Assembly (NCBI GenBank): GCA_964360065.1
Contig: CAYHTW010000002.1
Coordinates: forward strand, 2,251 to 66,250
Direction of reading: 5' to 3'
From: an uncultured Candidatus Saccharibacteria bacterium
GTDB lineage: Bacteria; Patescibacteriota; Minisyncoccia; UBA6257; Colwellbacteraceae
DNA length: 64,000 nucleotides
Shown: one piece after another, positions 21,069 through 32,118 of the stretch
Numbering within the stretch: position 1 is the stretch's first letter
How the letters are laid out: every line of letters starts with the position of its first letter
Translations under genes and position numbers: made by a program
The notes under the pieces: generated by a model
Seen by the model: the letters and a program-made list of their open reading frames with translations, nothing else
What the model was told of the DNA's origin: nothing
Databases searched by the model: none

Positions 21069-21569
21069 TTATGGAGTTACTACCGCTTTTATCTCAAGCC
21101 GTGTCGTTCCTCCATTCGCTTCAGTGAGATCAACGAATCTGTCTACCGATCCCACGCCTGCTGGTCCGTGAGCGTTCGGATCGTAAACAACCCTTACGTC
21201 CAGCGATTCTCCGGTCTTGATAACTTCATTTGCCTTGGCGACCTGTCCGCCGTGTCCTGGCATTCCAAACGGCCCCTTTTCTCTACCAGCATTTTCAGTA
21301 TACGCGATAGTGCACATACAGGAAGTTACGACACTTGAGAGTGTCACATCTTTATCTGTCGGATTGGTTACCTTAAATACCTTTTCTACTTTTCCATTAG
21401 TCATTGAAATCGTTCCGAAATCGTACGGCGTTTCTAAAGCGACTAAAGAACCTTTTTCGCTATTCTCGGCCACCGAAGGTACGATTGTCTGATTACTCCG
21501 ACCATAGAACATAAGGCCTATCAGCCCGAGCACGATAATCGCACCTATAATTATTGTTTTTTTATTCAT
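21069..21569 (-). CDS. Secreted DUF1573-like beta-sandwich protein with SCMCT (CxC) motif
   Basis: Signal anchor; FGTISMTNG...SCMCT pattern resembling DUF1573. Confidence 0.45.
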   Translation of the reverse strand: MNKKTIIIGAIIVLGLIGLMFYGRSNQTIVPSVAENSEKGSLVALETPYDFGTISMTNGKVEKVFKVTNPTDKDVTLSSVVTSCMCTIAYTENAGREKGPFGMPGHGGQVAKANEVIKTGESLDVRVVYDPNAHGPAGVGSVDRFVDLTEANGGTTRLEIKAVVTP

Positions 21570-21654
21570 GTTGTTAGTAGAAATTACAAAACCAGTTCGA
21601 CTTACCCGTCCGTAGTTTTATATGGAGGAGGGCAAACGGTTTTACATCGGCGCC

Positions 21655-22068
21655 TTAGTAAGTAGCGGGACTATTTTCGTGCAGAGCTAGCCAGCGCGTT
21701 ATCTCTCTTTTGTATGAAGTGTCGGGCGGAAAATTATAAAGAATACCGACAAGAGCAAGCGGCCTAAGTAAGGATGGACTTATAAAAACTACGAATGTCA
21801 TCCACGGAACAAGAAGTAAAGAAATTATGAGCGCTACGGTACCGAAATTTACGGGTACGTTGATAAATGACTGATAGGCAGAAATATGATGGAGAACTAT
21901 AGCCACAGTATCCTGTGGGCAAAGTGATGCTCCAATTGCTGAAAATGGGCAATCCCCTGATATGCGTCCGTCTGGTCCGTGCATCATAGTGGCAAAGCTA
22001 AAAAGTACGATCGCCATGAACGATAACAGAATAAGTGATGTAATAATTTTATTAAGTAAAGATGGCAT
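21655..22068 (-). CDS. Membrane protein with paired Cys motifs (GDCPFS...LCPQD)
   Basis: Three TM segments and no known family recognised. Confidence 0.4.
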   Translation of the reverse strand: MPSLLNKIITSLILLSFMAIVLFSFATMMHGPDGRISGDCPFSAIGASLCPQDTVAIVLHHISAYQSFINVPVNFGTVALIISLLLVPWMTFVVFISPSLLRPLALVGILYNFPPDTSYKREITRWLALHENSPATY

Positions 22069-22074
22069 ACTTGA

Positions 22075-22296
22075 TTAAATGGTTTCTCCGCGCCTCTCAA
22101 GCATCATGTGATGAATTGTTCCAATCGCAAGCCAAATTGCGATAAGAATAAGAATTCCGGCACAGAGCAGGGCATCAACCTTTGTAACCCCGAATACCAA
22201 GTTATCGGCACCGCCGAGAATAGCGGCCGCGAATGTAATGACTCCGGCGAAGCCTACGGTAACGCTGGTAATATGCATTAATTTTGATAATTTCAT
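22075..22296 (-). CDS. Small two-TM membrane protein
   Basis: 73 aa and hydrophobic, lying immediately downstream of copA. Confidence 0.35.
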   Translation of the reverse strand: MKLSKLMHITSVTVGFAGVITFAAAILGGADNLVFGVTKVDALLCAGILILIAIWLAIGTIHHMMLERRGETI

Positions 22297-22331
22297 AATA
22301 TTTTTTTAATTAATCCAGTAATTTCGACCTT

Positions 22332-24632
22332 TTATAATTTTTTACTTTTAATGCGGAGTGAATTGCCGACTACAGATACACTGGACATTGCCATCGCGAA
22401 TCCAGCGAATACCGGTGACAAGAGCCATCCGAAGACCGGATAAAAAATTCCGGCTGCAAGCGGAATGCCGACAATATTATATATAAAAGCCCAAAAAAGG
22501 TTTTGTTTGATTCCGCGCATGGTCATTTTAGAGAGTGAAATTGCTTTGACCAACTTTGAAATATCTCCGTGGAGAAGAGTGATGCCTGCCGACTCAATCG
22601 CCACGTCCGTGCCTGTGGCCATAGCAATGCCGATATCGGCTTGCGCGAGCGCTGGCGCGTCATTAACGCCGTCTCCATCCATCGCCACAATTTTACTCTC
22701 CGCCTGCAATTCTTTTATTTTATTTAACTTATCTTCCGGCATTACTTCCGCGACTACATCGTCTATTCCTACCTGTTTTGCTATCGCCAGAGCCGTATTT
22801 TTATCGTCTCCGGTAAGCATTACTATTTTAATGCCAAGCTTGTGAAGATTTTTCACCGCCTCTATCGCTTCCGGTTTTATGGCGTCCGCAACCATAAATA
22901 CACCAAGTACGGATTCTTTGGTAGCAAGTACAACCGGTGTTTTCCCTTCGGCGGTTTCTTTTTGAAGTTCTTCTTTATTAAAAGCGAGGTTTAAGTCAGA
23001 AATGAGTTTGATGTTGCCGGCAAAATATTCCGCGCCGGAAACCGTTCCCTTTAATCCCTTGCCTTTTATAATTTCAAAGCCCGAAACAGACGCAAGCTCA
23101 ATACTATTCTGCTTCGCGTATTCCGTAACAGCGTGGGCAATTGGATGCTCGGATTTATTCTCAAGCGAAGCCAAAATTGAGATTATTTCTTTTTCGCTTT
23201 TTGATGAATGATTTTTAATGCTTACCAATTCCGGCCTCCCGCGGGTCAATGTGCCTGTCTTATCAACTACCACCACATTCACCTTATGAAGCTTCTCAAG
23301 TGTGGCCGCGTCTTTTACCAGTATTCCTTCACCTGCACCCTTGCCTACTCCAACGATAATCGCTGTCGGTGTGGCCAACCCTAAGGCACACGGGCAGGCA
23401 ATGACCAAGACCCCGACAAATGAAACCAGCCCGTACGAAAGCGCCTGCGCGAACCCAAGATACTGCGAGCCAATAAGAAACCAGAGGCCAAGAGAAAGAA
23501 AGGCAATAACTAACACAATCGGCACAAACACACCGGAAATTTTATCCGCCAACGCCTGAATCGGCGCCTTTGACCCCTGCGCTTCCTCAACCATCCTTAT
23601 GATGTTCGCGAGCATGGTTTCGGAACCAACCTTTGTCGCTTTGAAAATAAAAGCGCCGCTTGTATTAATAGTCCCGGCGACAACGGTATCCCCAGGCATT
23701 TTCTCAACCGGCATCGGCTCACCGGAAATCATTGATTCGTCAACAAAGGACTGCCCTTCGGTAATTACACCATCAACTGGAATTTTCCCTGCTGGTTTTA
23801 CAATAATCAAATCACCGTGTACGACCTCGGTAATAGGAATTTCAACTTCTTTCCCGTCTCTTGTTACGAGCGCTGTTTTGGCCTGCAAATTTAAAAGTTT
23901 TTCTATCGCGTCTCCAGTCTTCAATTTTGAACTAGCTTCAAGATATTTGCCAAGCGTAATGAAAGCAATGACTATAATCGTCACATCAAAGTAGGACTGA
24001 TTAACATTTATGTAGGGCTTTAGAGTTTCCCCGAACGCCATAATAGCAAAGCTATATACAAAAGCCGCACTTGTTCCAATACCTATAAGCGTATCCATAT
24101 TAGCCTTGCCATAGCGGAGAAACCTGTAAAATCCCAAAAGATACGGCTTACCGACAACAAGAAGCATGTAAGTCGCCATGATTGGGAGCAAATATCGAAA
24201 AGCTCCTTCCCAAACCGGCGTAGCAGCTGGAATAATTTTGAACTGCGCCAAAATGTCCCATGCCAATATAACGGCACTAATAAAAGCAAGCGGCAGAGCG
24301 GATAAAACTTTCGTTCTCATATCAGCAAGTTCGGCCAGCTTTTCATTTTTCGTCTGATTAAGTCCCAAGTGCGCTGCGTGCTCGCCCTCGGACATTCCCA
24401 TTTCCGCCGCGGACCGCTCTTCTGGAACAACTAAAGAATATCCAAGTGGCTCAATGTGTTTGGAAAGAGCCTGAGGACTTGTTTTTGAAGGATCAAAAGA
24501 AACTTTTGCTTTTTCCGTGCCATAATTGACCTCAACGGATTCCACTCCTTCAACTTTTTTGAAAGTCTTTTCAATCATTGATGAGCACGAAGCGCAATGC
24601 ATTCCGCGAATCTTATATGTTTCTTTTTTCAT
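22332..24632 (-). CDS. copA: Copper-translocating P1B-type ATPase CopA
   Basis: N-terminal HMA domain [12 protein letters not shown] in TM6, DKTGTLT phosphorylation motif, GDGVNDAP. Confidence 0.9.
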   Translation of the reverse strand: MKKETYKIRGMHCASCSSMIEKTFKKVEGVESVEVNYGTEKAKVSFDPSKTSPQALSKHIEPLGYSLVVPEERSAAEMGMSEGEHAAHLGLNQTKNEKLAELADMRTKVLSALPLAFISAVILAWDILAQFKIIPAATPVWEGAFRYLLPIMATYMLLVVGKPYLLGFYRFLRYGKANMDTLIGIGTSAAFVYSFAIMAFGETLKPYINVNQSYFDVTIIVIAFITLGKYLEASSKLKTGDAIEKLLNLQAKTALVTRDGKEVEIPITEVVHGDLIIVKPAGKIPVDGVITEGQSFVDESMISGEPMPVEKMPGDTVVAGTINTSGAFIFKATKVGSETMLANIIRMVEEAQGSKAPIQALADKISGVFVPIVLVIAFLSLGLWFLIGSQYLGFAQALSYGLVSFVGVLVIACPCALGLATPTAIIVGVGKGAGEGILVKDAATLEKLHKVNVVVVDKTGTLTRGRPELVSIKNHSSKSEKEIISILASLENKSEHPIAHAVTEYAKQNSIELASVSGFEIIKGKGLKGTVSGAEYFAGNIKLISDLNLAFNKEELQKETAEGKTPVVLATKESVLGVFMVADAIKPEAIEAVKNLHKLGIKIVMLTGDDKNTALAIAKQVGIDDVVAEVMPEDKLNKIKELQAESKIVAMDGDGVNDAPALAQADIGIAMATGTDVAIESAGITLLHGDISKLVKAISLSKMTMRGIKQNLFWAFIYNIVGIPLAAGIFYPVFGWLLSPVFAGFAMAMSSVSVVGNSLRIKSKKL

Positions 24633-24681
24633 AATATTTATATGGTGACTTGCCTTGAGTTTGTCGAATGGGTTTACTAAA

Positions 24682-24957
24682 TTATTTTCTCTTAAGTTTA
24701 TAGACTTTGAGGACTTCCTCTTTCGCCTTGCTTGTTTGCCCGGACCTTACTTGGTTCAAGATACAACTGCCCAAATGGTTTTCAAGCAATAAATCTTCCA
24801 CATTTGAGAGACCTTGTTTGACTGCCGATGTTTGGGTTATCACGTTTATGCAATAAGTGTTTTTTTCGACCATTTCCTGCAATCCCCGGATTTGGCCCTC
24901 AAGAATCTTAAGTCGGCGGACGATCTTAAGTTTCGCTTTGTCTTCCATATATTTCAT
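24682..24957 (-). CDS. csoR: CsoR/RcnR-family metal-sensing transcriptional repressor
   Basis: [23 protein letters not shown]...YCINVITQ...HLGSCI, with the conserved Cys/His sensor residues. Confidence 0.7.
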   Translation of the reverse strand: MKYMEDKAKLKIVRRLKILEGQIRGLQEMVEKNTYCINVITQTSAVKQGLSNVEDLLLENHLGSCILNQVRSGQTSKAKEEVLKVYKLKRK

Positions 24958-25084
24958 ACAGAAACAGTATATACCCCCTAGGGGTATAGTCAAATTTAAA
25001 AATAGAAATGATTAGAAATATACTCAAGTAGTAAAGAGCTATTTCCTATATAATTAATATGGGCTTATAAGGCCGTTAATTGTT

Positions 25085-25708
25085 ATGGCTTCACCAACAG
25101 ATCCGACGGGGGCAATGGAACTCCTCATTAATTATCGTTATTGGCTCCTCGTCCCCCTCTCCTTTATTGAAGGACCGGTAGTATCTTTCATCGCGGGGGC
25201 GTTATCGCGCCTCGGTTATTTTAATCCTTATTTAGCTTTCGTTATATTTTTTCTGAAAGATATTATTGTAGACGGCGTCTTCTATGTTGTCGGCCGTTTC
25301 GGTGAGAAAGCTTCACTTGTCAGAAGACTTCTAGCCAAAATAGGGATTAAGGAGGGGCACATCGACGAAGTGAGGATCTTATGGGCCAAGCACGGTTTTA
25401 GGACTATGCTTCTAAGTAAATTGTCATATGGCCTATCTCCCGGATTCCTTATGGCTGCTGGGATGGTGGGTATGCCGGTGGGAGTATTTTTCAAGTACGC
25501 AGTTTTGGTCAGTCTGGCTCAATATGGGGTATTATTTATGTTGGGATACTACTTCGGGAATGCTTTTGGAAACGCGACTAATGTGTTAGAGAATATACAG
25601 TATGTGATTGGGGCGGTACTCTTGGTGGCCACTGTCTACTATATACTTACCAGATATGTAAGCCGAAAACTGATAGAAGAAGAGAAAGAGGTTAAGAAAG
25701 AACTATAA
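25085..25708 (+). CDS. DedA/VTT-domain membrane protein
   Basis: DedA-like TM topology and motifs. Confidence 0.7.
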   Translation: MASPTDPTGAMELLINYRYWLLVPLSFIEGPVVSFIAGALSRLGYFNPYLAFVIFFLKDIIVDGVFYVVGRFGEKASLVRRLLAKIGIKEGHIDEVRILWAKHGFRTMLLSKLSYGLSPGFLMAAGMVGMPVGVFFKYAVLVSLAQYGVLFMLGYYFGNAFGNATNVLENIQYVIGAVLLVATVYYILTRYVSRKLIEEEKEVKKEL

Positions 25709-25712
25709 ACAT

Positions 25713-26840
25713 ATGAAAATAGCTTTTTGCACCGACATTTATCTCCCACAACTTAGCGGTGTAGCTGACTCAGTCAAGTTAATAACCGGCAACCTTAAGC
25801 ATGGGGGCCATAAGGTGAGAATCTACGCTCCGGATAGACCGGAGGCCAAGCCAGATCCGGAGATAATGAGATTAAGTTCTTGGGAAATTCCACAATCTCA
25901 CGGAGATTTGGCGTTTGTTGTGCCCGTAGGCATGACAAAAGACATGAGAGAATTTGCCCCAGACTTAATCCACGTTCACACTTTTTCAACTATAGGCGTG
26001 GCTACTCTTTACGCTAGACACGCCCTAGGAGTTCCATTAGTCGGAACTGACCACACCTTCCCAGCCGACTATATGCATTATTTTAAATTGGACTACGAAC
26101 CATTTAAAGATGGTGCCCGTAAATTCGCCGCCTGGTTTTATAACCACTGCGATCAGGTAACGGCGCCTAGCAAAAGCATGATTGAAGAACTTAAAAAGTA
26201 TGGACTGAAAGTTCCGACTAATGTTATTTCTAACATCATACCCACGGATATTTTTAAGCCATTAGGAGGGAAAGATTCCTTGAAAAAGAAATTTGGCGTT
26301 AATGGCAAGGGAGTGCTTATCTTCGGCAGGGTGGCTAAAGAAAAGAATCTGGATTTTGCTTTGGAGGTTTTCGCGGAAGCAGCTAAAGAGGAAGAAATGA
26401 CTTTTGTTGTTTTGGGGCATGGTCCTCACGCAGAAGAGCTGCAGCAGAAAGCGGAAAGTATGGGAGTGAATTCCAAGTTTCTGGGAGCCTTACGTGGTAA
26501 GGCTCTGGTAGAAGCTATCAACGCCTGCGATCTCTATTTAATTACGAGCACTTCGGACACCCAATCAATGACTACCCTGCAGTCTATGGCCTGTGAACTG
26601 CCGGTAGTTGGAGCTAAAGCCGGTGGACTCCCGGAGTATATTCTTGATGGTTTAACCGGCTTTGTGGTGGAACCGACCGACAAAAAGACTTATGTAGAGA
26701 GGGTTTTAAAATTGCTTAGGGACGATGAGATGTCTAAGGCTTTCGGAGAAGCAGGCAGAAAAAAGTCTATGGAGTTTTCTCCTGAATCTATCACTGATAA
26801 ATTTGAGGAGGTTTACAAGAAAGCTTTAGCGACCCAATAA
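25713..26840 (+). CDS. Glycosyltransferase family 4
   Basis: GT-B fold; C-terminal EX7E-type motif GGLPEYILDGLTGFVVEP. Confidence 0.8.
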   Translation: MKIAFCTDIYLPQLSGVADSVKLITGNLKHGGHKVRIYAPDRPEAKPDPEIMRLSSWEIPQSHGDLAFVVPVGMTKDMREFAPDLIHVHTFSTIGVATLYARHALGVPLVGTDHTFPADYMHYFKLDYEPFKDGARKFAAWFYNHCDQVTAPSKSMIEELKKYGLKVPTNVISNIIPTDIFKPLGGKDSLKKKFGVNGKGVLIFGRVAKEKNLDFALEVFAEAAKEEEMTFVVLGHGPHAEELQQKAESMGVNSKFLGALRGKALVEAINACDLYLITSTSDTQSMTTLQSMACELPVVGAKAGGLPEYILDGLTGFVVEPTDKKTYVERVLKLLRDDEMSKAFGEAGRKKSMEFSPESITDKFEEVYKKALATQ

Positions 26841-26846
26841 TAAAAT

Positions 26847-27566
26847 ATGAATGAAATGAAAATAAGCTTAGTTGTTCCCGCCTACAACGAAGAAAAATAC
26901 ATTAGTAGCTGCCTGGAAAGCGTTATCAAAAACGGCGGAGAATTATACGAAATTGTAGTTGTTGACAACGCAAGTACAGACAAGACTGCTGGAGTTGCCG
27001 CTCGCTTTAGGAGAGTGAGAGTTGTCACCGAACCCAAGAAGGGTGTCACCATAGCAAGACAGCGTGGCGTTCGGGAAAGTTCGGGAGACATCATTGCCTT
27101 TATTGACGCCGATACCAGGATGCCTGAACATTGGGTTAAGGAAGTAGTTAAGAATTTTAAGGTTGACGAGAAACTAGTTTGTCTAAGCGGACCTTATATT
27201 TTTTACGATGTCTCTCGGCTGGCTAAAGTCGGTGTTTGGCTTTACTGGAAAGTGCTCGCAAGACTGGCCTATTTATTTACCGGCTATATGGCGGTTGGAG
27301 GGAACTTCGCAGTACGGCGTGAAGCTTTAGAGAAAATAGGCGGGTTTAATCCGAATATTAGTTTCTACGGCGATGATACGGATACAGCAAGACGTTTATA
27401 TAAAGTTGGGAGAGTAAAATTCAACCAGAAGTTAGTCATGTATACTTCAGCCAGAAGACTCAGGGGGGAAGGATTCCTTCTGACTGCGTACCGGTATGCC
27501 ATTAATTTCCTCTCCGAAGTATTTACAAGTAAGCCCTTTACGAATGAGTATAAAGATGTACGTTAA
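26847..27566 (+). CDS. Glycosyltransferase family 2
   Basis: ISLVVPAYNEE...VVDNASTD...DAD motifs. Confidence 0.8.
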   Translation: MNEMKISLVVPAYNEEKYISSCLESVIKNGGELYEIVVVDNASTDKTAGVAARFRRVRVVTEPKKGVTIARQRGVRESSGDIIAFIDADTRMPEHWVKEVVKNFKVDEKLVCLSGPYIFYDVSRLAKVGVWLYWKVLARLAYLFTGYMAVGGNFAVRREALEKIGGFNPNISFYGDDTDTARRLYKVGRVKFNQKLVMYTSARRLRGEGFLLTAYRYAINFLSEVFTSKPFTNEYKDVR

Positions 27567-28225
27567 TGACTAAAAACTATCTTAAAATCCTATTGCTTCG
27601 TTATAAAGAGTGCTTTAACAGCACTTCTTACATAACAACTTTTACTTCTGGTGTCATACTTTTTATTGTCTCTTCCGTCGCTTACTTTTATTCAGCCATC
27701 TACGCCACCGAGAAGGCCAGTAACTATGTCACGGACATTATACTAAGCAACACCAGGGTTTTTGACGTGGACTTAGCCTTTATCTACGGGCCGGTAGTAC
27801 TTTGGGCCTTCGTACTTACTTTGCTTCTTAATGACCCGAAAAAGATCCCATTCACTCTTAAAGCCGTTTCTCTATTTATATTAATACGGTCTGTGTTCGT
27901 TAGCATCACTCACCTAGGCCCCTTCCCTACCCAGGTAGATATAGGACCTTCAAATTTCTTAGCAACCATTATGGCTGGCGGAGACTACTTCTTCTCTGGA
28001 CACACCGGACTTCCATATCTGCTCACCCTCCTTTTCTGGAACAATCTTTTCTTAAAAGTGTTTTTCTTTGCTTCCGCAATTTTCTTTGGGGCAGTGGTAC
28101 TCCTGGGACATCTACACTACTCCATAGACGTACTTGCGGCCTTCTTTATCACCTACAGCATTTACCGTCTCTCCGAGCTATTCTTCCCTAATGATAAGAA
28201 GATCTTTGGGGAGGGCTTCGTATAA
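27566..28225 (+). CDS. PAP2-superfamily membrane protein
   Basis: FSGHTG and HLHYSIDV motifs (PSGH / SRx5Hx3D-like). Confidence 0.5.
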   Translation: MTKNYLKILLLRYKECFNSTSYITTFTSGVILFIVSSVAYFYSAIYATEKASNYVTDIILSNTRVFDVDLAFIYGPVVLWAFVLTLLLNDPKKIPFTLKAVSLFILIRSVFVSITHLGPFPTQVDIGPSNFLATIMAGGDYFFSGHTGLPYLLTLLFWNNLFLKVFFFASAIFFGAVVLLGHLHYSIDVLAAFFITYSIYRLSELFFPNDKKIFGEGFV

Positions 28226-28330
28226 TTTTATCCTGCCCTAACCTGGCTTAATCTGTCCAAAAAACACTATTTCGGATAGAATGGACACGAACCTTTGGGG
28301 GCTTAGTTTAATGATAAAACTATCGTTTAT

Positions 28331-28401
28331 GGGTCTATAGTTCAATGGCAGAATGTCGGTCTCCAAAACCGATGATCGAGGTTCGAATCCTCGTGGACCC
28401 G
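28331..28401 (+). tRNA. tRNA-Trp (anticodon CCA)
   Basis: Anticodon loop ctCCAaa, T-loop gttcgaatc. Confidence 0.8.
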
Positions 28402-28408
28402 CATATAT

Positions 28409-29605
28409 TTATTTCTTATAAGAAACTTTGACAAAGTGGCGCTTTCCTACTTGAAGGATAGAACCATTTAAAATTTGATGCTTCGGATCTTTTACAACTT
28501 CGCTGTCTACTTTAACCGCACCCTGCCTAACTAAACGCCACGCATCGCTTTTACTGGATGCTAGTCTCACCTCCATTAAAATAGTGGCCAAATCTCGGCT
28601 TTTCGTCTTAGCTGTTTTTATATCTTGCGGCAATTCTTTTTTACCGAAAACCTTTGTAAACTCTTCCTCTGCTTTTTTCGCCGCGGCTTCTCCGTAAATT
28701 TTTTTGACTATCTCGAAAGCGACTCGCATCTTGGCCTCTTTTGGCCCTTTCTTTAAAATAGACTTGACTTCCGGCAGCGGCACGCGCGTGCAATTCACGA
28801 AAAAGATTTCTGTCATTTCATCTGGCTGAGCCATCACCGATCCGTACATTTCGTTCGGCGGAGAAGAAAGGAATACTCCTGTCCCACTGCTTTTTGACAT
28901 AAGTTCCCCGGTCTTCGGGTTTTCCATAAGATTGACGACGATGACGAATTTGTTCTTGTTCTTGAGACGCTTAACCAGCGTCCGACCCGCAAGAGCGTTG
29001 AAAGTCTGGTCGGTCCCACAAAGCTCGGCGTCGACATCCATCGCCACGCTGTCATAACCCTGCATAAGTGGGTAAAGGAACTCGTGGAGATGAATCGGCA
29101 GCTGGTCTTTCAGGCGCTTCTGGAACATATCCCTTTCGAGCATTTGCTGAACAGTAAAATTGGATGCGAGAGAAATAATATCTTTCAGGGACAACTTTGA
29201 AAGCCACTTACCATTATATAAAACTTTCGGCGGGTTTTTTTTGTCGTTAAAATCCAGAAGTGGTTTTATCTGTTTTAGCCAGTCTTTAACGTTTTCTTTT
29301 ACCCCATTTTCTGTAAGTTGTTTTCTGGCTTCTGTCCTGCCGCTGGGGTCTCCGATTCTCGCAGTGAAATCACCGAACAAAACAACCACTTCGTGCCCAA
29401 GCTGGCGCATCTCCTCGAGAAACATATAGTTTTTGGCATGACTAAGATGCAGTGCCGATGAAGTTGGGTCGGCGCCTATGTAAATTCTCAACGTGTCACC
29501 GGCAATCAACCTCTCAAGCAGGGCTTCTTTCGACGGCAGTATCTGGACAACAACTCCTCTGTCTAAAATTTCGTTTATACGTTTCTTGTCGGTAATCATC
29601 TTCAT
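28409..29605 (-). CDS. tyrS: Tyrosine--tRNA ligase (class I, C-terminal S4-like domain)
   Basis: HIGH-like ALHLSHA, KMSKS-like LMSKSSG, C-terminal S4 fold WRLVRQGAVKVD. Confidence 0.8.
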   Translation of the reverse strand: MKMITDKKRINEILDRGVVVQILPSKEALLERLIAGDTLRIYIGADPTSSALHLSHAKNYMFLEEMRQLGHEVVVLFGDFTARIGDPSGRTEARKQLTENGVKENVKDWLKQIKPLLDFNDKKNPPKVLYNGKWLSKLSLKDIISLASNFTVQQMLERDMFQKRLKDQLPIHLHEFLYPLMQGYDSVAMDVDAELCGTDQTFNALAGRTLVKRLKNKNKFVIVVNLMENPKTGELMSKSSGTGVFLSSPPNEMYGSVMAQPDEMTEIFFVNCTRVPLPEVKSILKKGPKEAKMRVAFEIVKKIYGEAAAKKAEEEFTKVFGKKELPQDIKTAKTKSRDLATILMEVRLASSKSDAWRLVRQGAVKVDSEVVKDPKHQILNGSILQVGKRHFVKVSYKK

Positions 29606-29679
29606 ATTAGATAAATTCTAACACAAAAGCCGCTTTTCGGCGGCCTTTGTCTTGATTCTTCATTTCTGCTTACGGCTTT

Positions 29680-30303
29680 TTACTGTTTGGCTTTCTTAAT
29701 AACTTCATCAATTAAACCGTATTGTTTAGCTTCTTCGGCGCTGAACCAGTAGTCTCTATCTATGTCTTTCTCAATCTTGGTTATAGGTTGACCGGTGGCT
29801 TTGGACATAATTTGAATTAACTTCTCCTTTGATTTCAAAATGTGTTTGGCTGTTATGGCAATATCTGTGGCCTGCCCCTCCACTCCGCCTAAGGGCTGGT
29901 GCAGCAAAACTTCTGCATTGGGCAATATATGTCTCTTCCCTTTGGCGCCGGAAGCCAAAACCCAGGCCCCGCCAGAAGCAGCCATGCCAACGCAGACAGT
30001 AGAAACATCGGGTTTAATGTGGTTCATAGTGTCTATAATGGCGAGAGTGCTGGAAACCGAACCTCCTGGAGAATTGATGTAAAGCTTAATATCTTCTTTG
30101 GAGTTTTCACCTTCCAGGAAAAATAGTTGTGCGATAACTAAGTTGCCGGACTGGTCGTCAATCGGACCGCTTAAGAAAACTACTCGGTCTTTTAGAAGAC
30201 GGGAATAGATATCGTAAGCTCTCTCGCCGTAACTGGATTTTTCTATAACTGTCGGAATTAAGTATTGTGCTCTGCTATCTCGGCTGTTTTTGGTATTTTC
30301 CAT
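29680..30303 (-). CDS. clpP: ATP-dependent Clp protease proteolytic subunit ClpP
   Basis: Catalytic Ser context GMAASGGAW and the ClpP fold. Confidence 0.9.
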   Translation of the reverse strand: MENTKNSRDSRAQYLIPTVIEKSSYGERAYDIYSRLLKDRVVFLSGPIDDQSGNLVIAQLFFLEGENSKEDIKLYINSPGGSVSSTLAIIDTMNHIKPDVSTVCVGMAASGGAWVLASGAKGKRHILPNAEVLLHQPLGGVEGQATDIAITAKHILKSKEKLIQIMSKATGQPITKIEKDIDRDYWFSAEEAKQYGLIDEVIKKAKQ

Positions 30304-30308
30304 ATGTT

Positions 30309-30779
30309 TTATTTGTTGAAAGAAGAGCTGACTATTTCTTCCGCTTCTTTAACATCTCCCCAGCCACGTACCTCCACGTATTTGCCTTTTTCGAGATTTT
30401 TGTAGGTCTTGAAGAACTCTTCTATTTCATCTCTCAAAGACTCTGGGATATCGTTGATATCTTTCCAGTGTCTATAGTGCGGGTCTTTTTCCGGAACGGC
30501 GATTATCTTTTCGTCATTGTCTCCCGAATCCACCATTCTAAAAACGGCGATAGGTCGCGATGGGACAATACAGCCTGGGACTACAGAAAAACGATTTAAG
30601 ATAAGAACATCCAACGGATCTCCGTCGGAATACAAAGTGTCTGGTATGTAACCGTAGTCGGCTGGATAGTGGACCGAACTGTGGATAACGCGATCCAGCA
30701 TAATACGGCCGCTATCTTTGTCCATTTCGTATTTATTTCTTGAGCCCCTTGGAGTTTCAACGATAACGTTAATGGTCAT
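30309..30779 (-). CDS. ppa: Inorganic pyrophosphatase (family I)
   Basis: [10 protein letters not shown] and YGYIP motifs. Confidence 0.9.
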   Translation of the reverse strand: MTINVIVETPRGSRNKYEMDKDSGRIMLDRVIHSSVHYPADYGYIPDTLYSDGDPLDVLILNRFSVVPGCIVPSRPIAVFRMVDSGDNDEKIIAVPEKDPHYRHWKDINDIPESLRDEIEEFFKTYKNLEKGKYVEVRGWGDVKEAEEIVSSSFNK

Positions 30780-30798
30780 ATATGTGATTTTAATTGAA

Positions 30799-32037
30799 TT
30801 ATTCTTCGCCTACCTTATGATAGACCGGCTTATCGCCATCTTCAACAATATCTTCAGCTTTGGGTTTTACGGCAGCAATGCCCTCGGCGGAGGCGATGCC
30901 TCCCTCTAAGGCCACATCCGGCTTGGATTGAGAACGAACATCTATCTTCCAACCAGTAAGCTTAGCTGCTAGCCTAACATTCTGCCCACCTTTGCCGATA
31001 GCTAAAGATTGCTGATCATCTGGTACAAAGGCTTTGGCTTCTCTTTCTCCAGAAAGCTCAACTGACCTTACTTTAGCGGGAGACAACGAGTACGCAATAA
31101 ACTTAGCGGGGTCTTCGGACCATTCAATGATATCAAGTTTCTCCTGACCTAATTCGCTATTAACCGCCATAACGCGAGTACCACGCTGACCCACACAGCT
31201 TCCTACCGGATCAACTCCGTCTACATTAGAGGCCACGGCAATTTTAGTGCGGCTGCCCGGTTCTCTGGCGATAGCTTTTATCTCTACAACTTTATCGGCA
31301 ATTTCTGGGACTTCCATTTCAAAAAGCTTGCTGACAAATTTCGGGTGAGCCCTGGACAGCACTATGCCCGCATTTCTGCTTTCGGTCTGGACAGAAAGAA
31401 CGTAAAACTTCATTCTCTCCATGGCTTTATAGTACTCACCGGGGATAGCTTCATTTGGGAACATAATACCTATAGTTCGGCCAAGGTCTATGAAAACATT
31501 ACCTCTTTCAAAGCGCTGAATAATACCGGAAACAACTTGCCCTTCTTTATTTTTAAACTCCGCTGTAATCGATTCCCTTTCAGCTTCCCTTATTTTCTGG
31601 ATGATGACTTGTTTAGCGGTCTGAGCGGCAATACGGCCGAAGTCAGTCTTGGCCTCCAAGGGGAACTCAAATTCATCACCCACTTTAACATCTTTTTTCA
31701 TTTTTTTAGCTTCACCAACCAATAAGTGTCTCTCGGAATTGTAGCGGGGTAAAGGAGCTTCTTCTCCTTCAATCCTTTCTGTCACTTCTTCTACATCAAC
31801 GCTCTCGGGATCAACTATTTTAACAGTAGTCTCGTCTACTACCTCTTTGACCTGTGTAAACTTGATGTCACCTTGGTCCATATCCAACTTGGCTTTAACG
31901 ACGACGCCACGGGTCATATACTCCTTTTTGTAGGCAGCAGCGAGGGCGCCTTCAATAGCCTCGAAAACTTTTGCGGCTTCTATTTTTTTATCTTCAGTGA
32001 TTTGGGCCACGCCCTGTATTAATGCTTTTAAGTCCAT
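30799..32037 (-). CDS. nusA: Transcription termination/antitermination factor NusA (start at MDLKALIQ)
   Basis: N-terminal domain, S1 and tandem KH domains (GQRGTRV). Confidence 0.8.
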   Translation of the reverse strand: MDLKALIQGVAQITEDKKIEAAKVFEAIEGALAAAYKKEYMTRGVVVKAKLDMDQGDIKFTQVKEVVDETTVKIVDPESVDVEEVTERIEGEEAPLPRYNSERHLLVGEAKKMKKDVKVGDEFEFPLEAKTDFGRIAAQTAKQVIIQKIREAERESITAEFKNKEGQVVSGIIQRFERGNVFIDLGRTIGIMFPNEAIPGEYYKAMERMKFYVLSVQTESRNAGIVLSRAHPKFVSKLFEMEVPEIADKVVEIKAIAREPGSRTKIAVASNVDGVDPVGSCVGQRGTRVMAVNSELGQEKLDIIEWSEDPAKFIAYSLSPAKVRSVELSGEREAKAFVPDDQQSLAIGKGGQNVRLAAKLTGWKIDVRSQSKPDVALEGGIASAEGIAAVKPKAEDIVEDGDKPVYHKVGEE

Positions 32038-32118
32038 ACTAATTAATCTAAAGACCCGAATAACTTCGGGTCTTTCATTGCAAGAGATTGTACTTCTTCC
32101 CTGTTGAGCCGTCAAATC

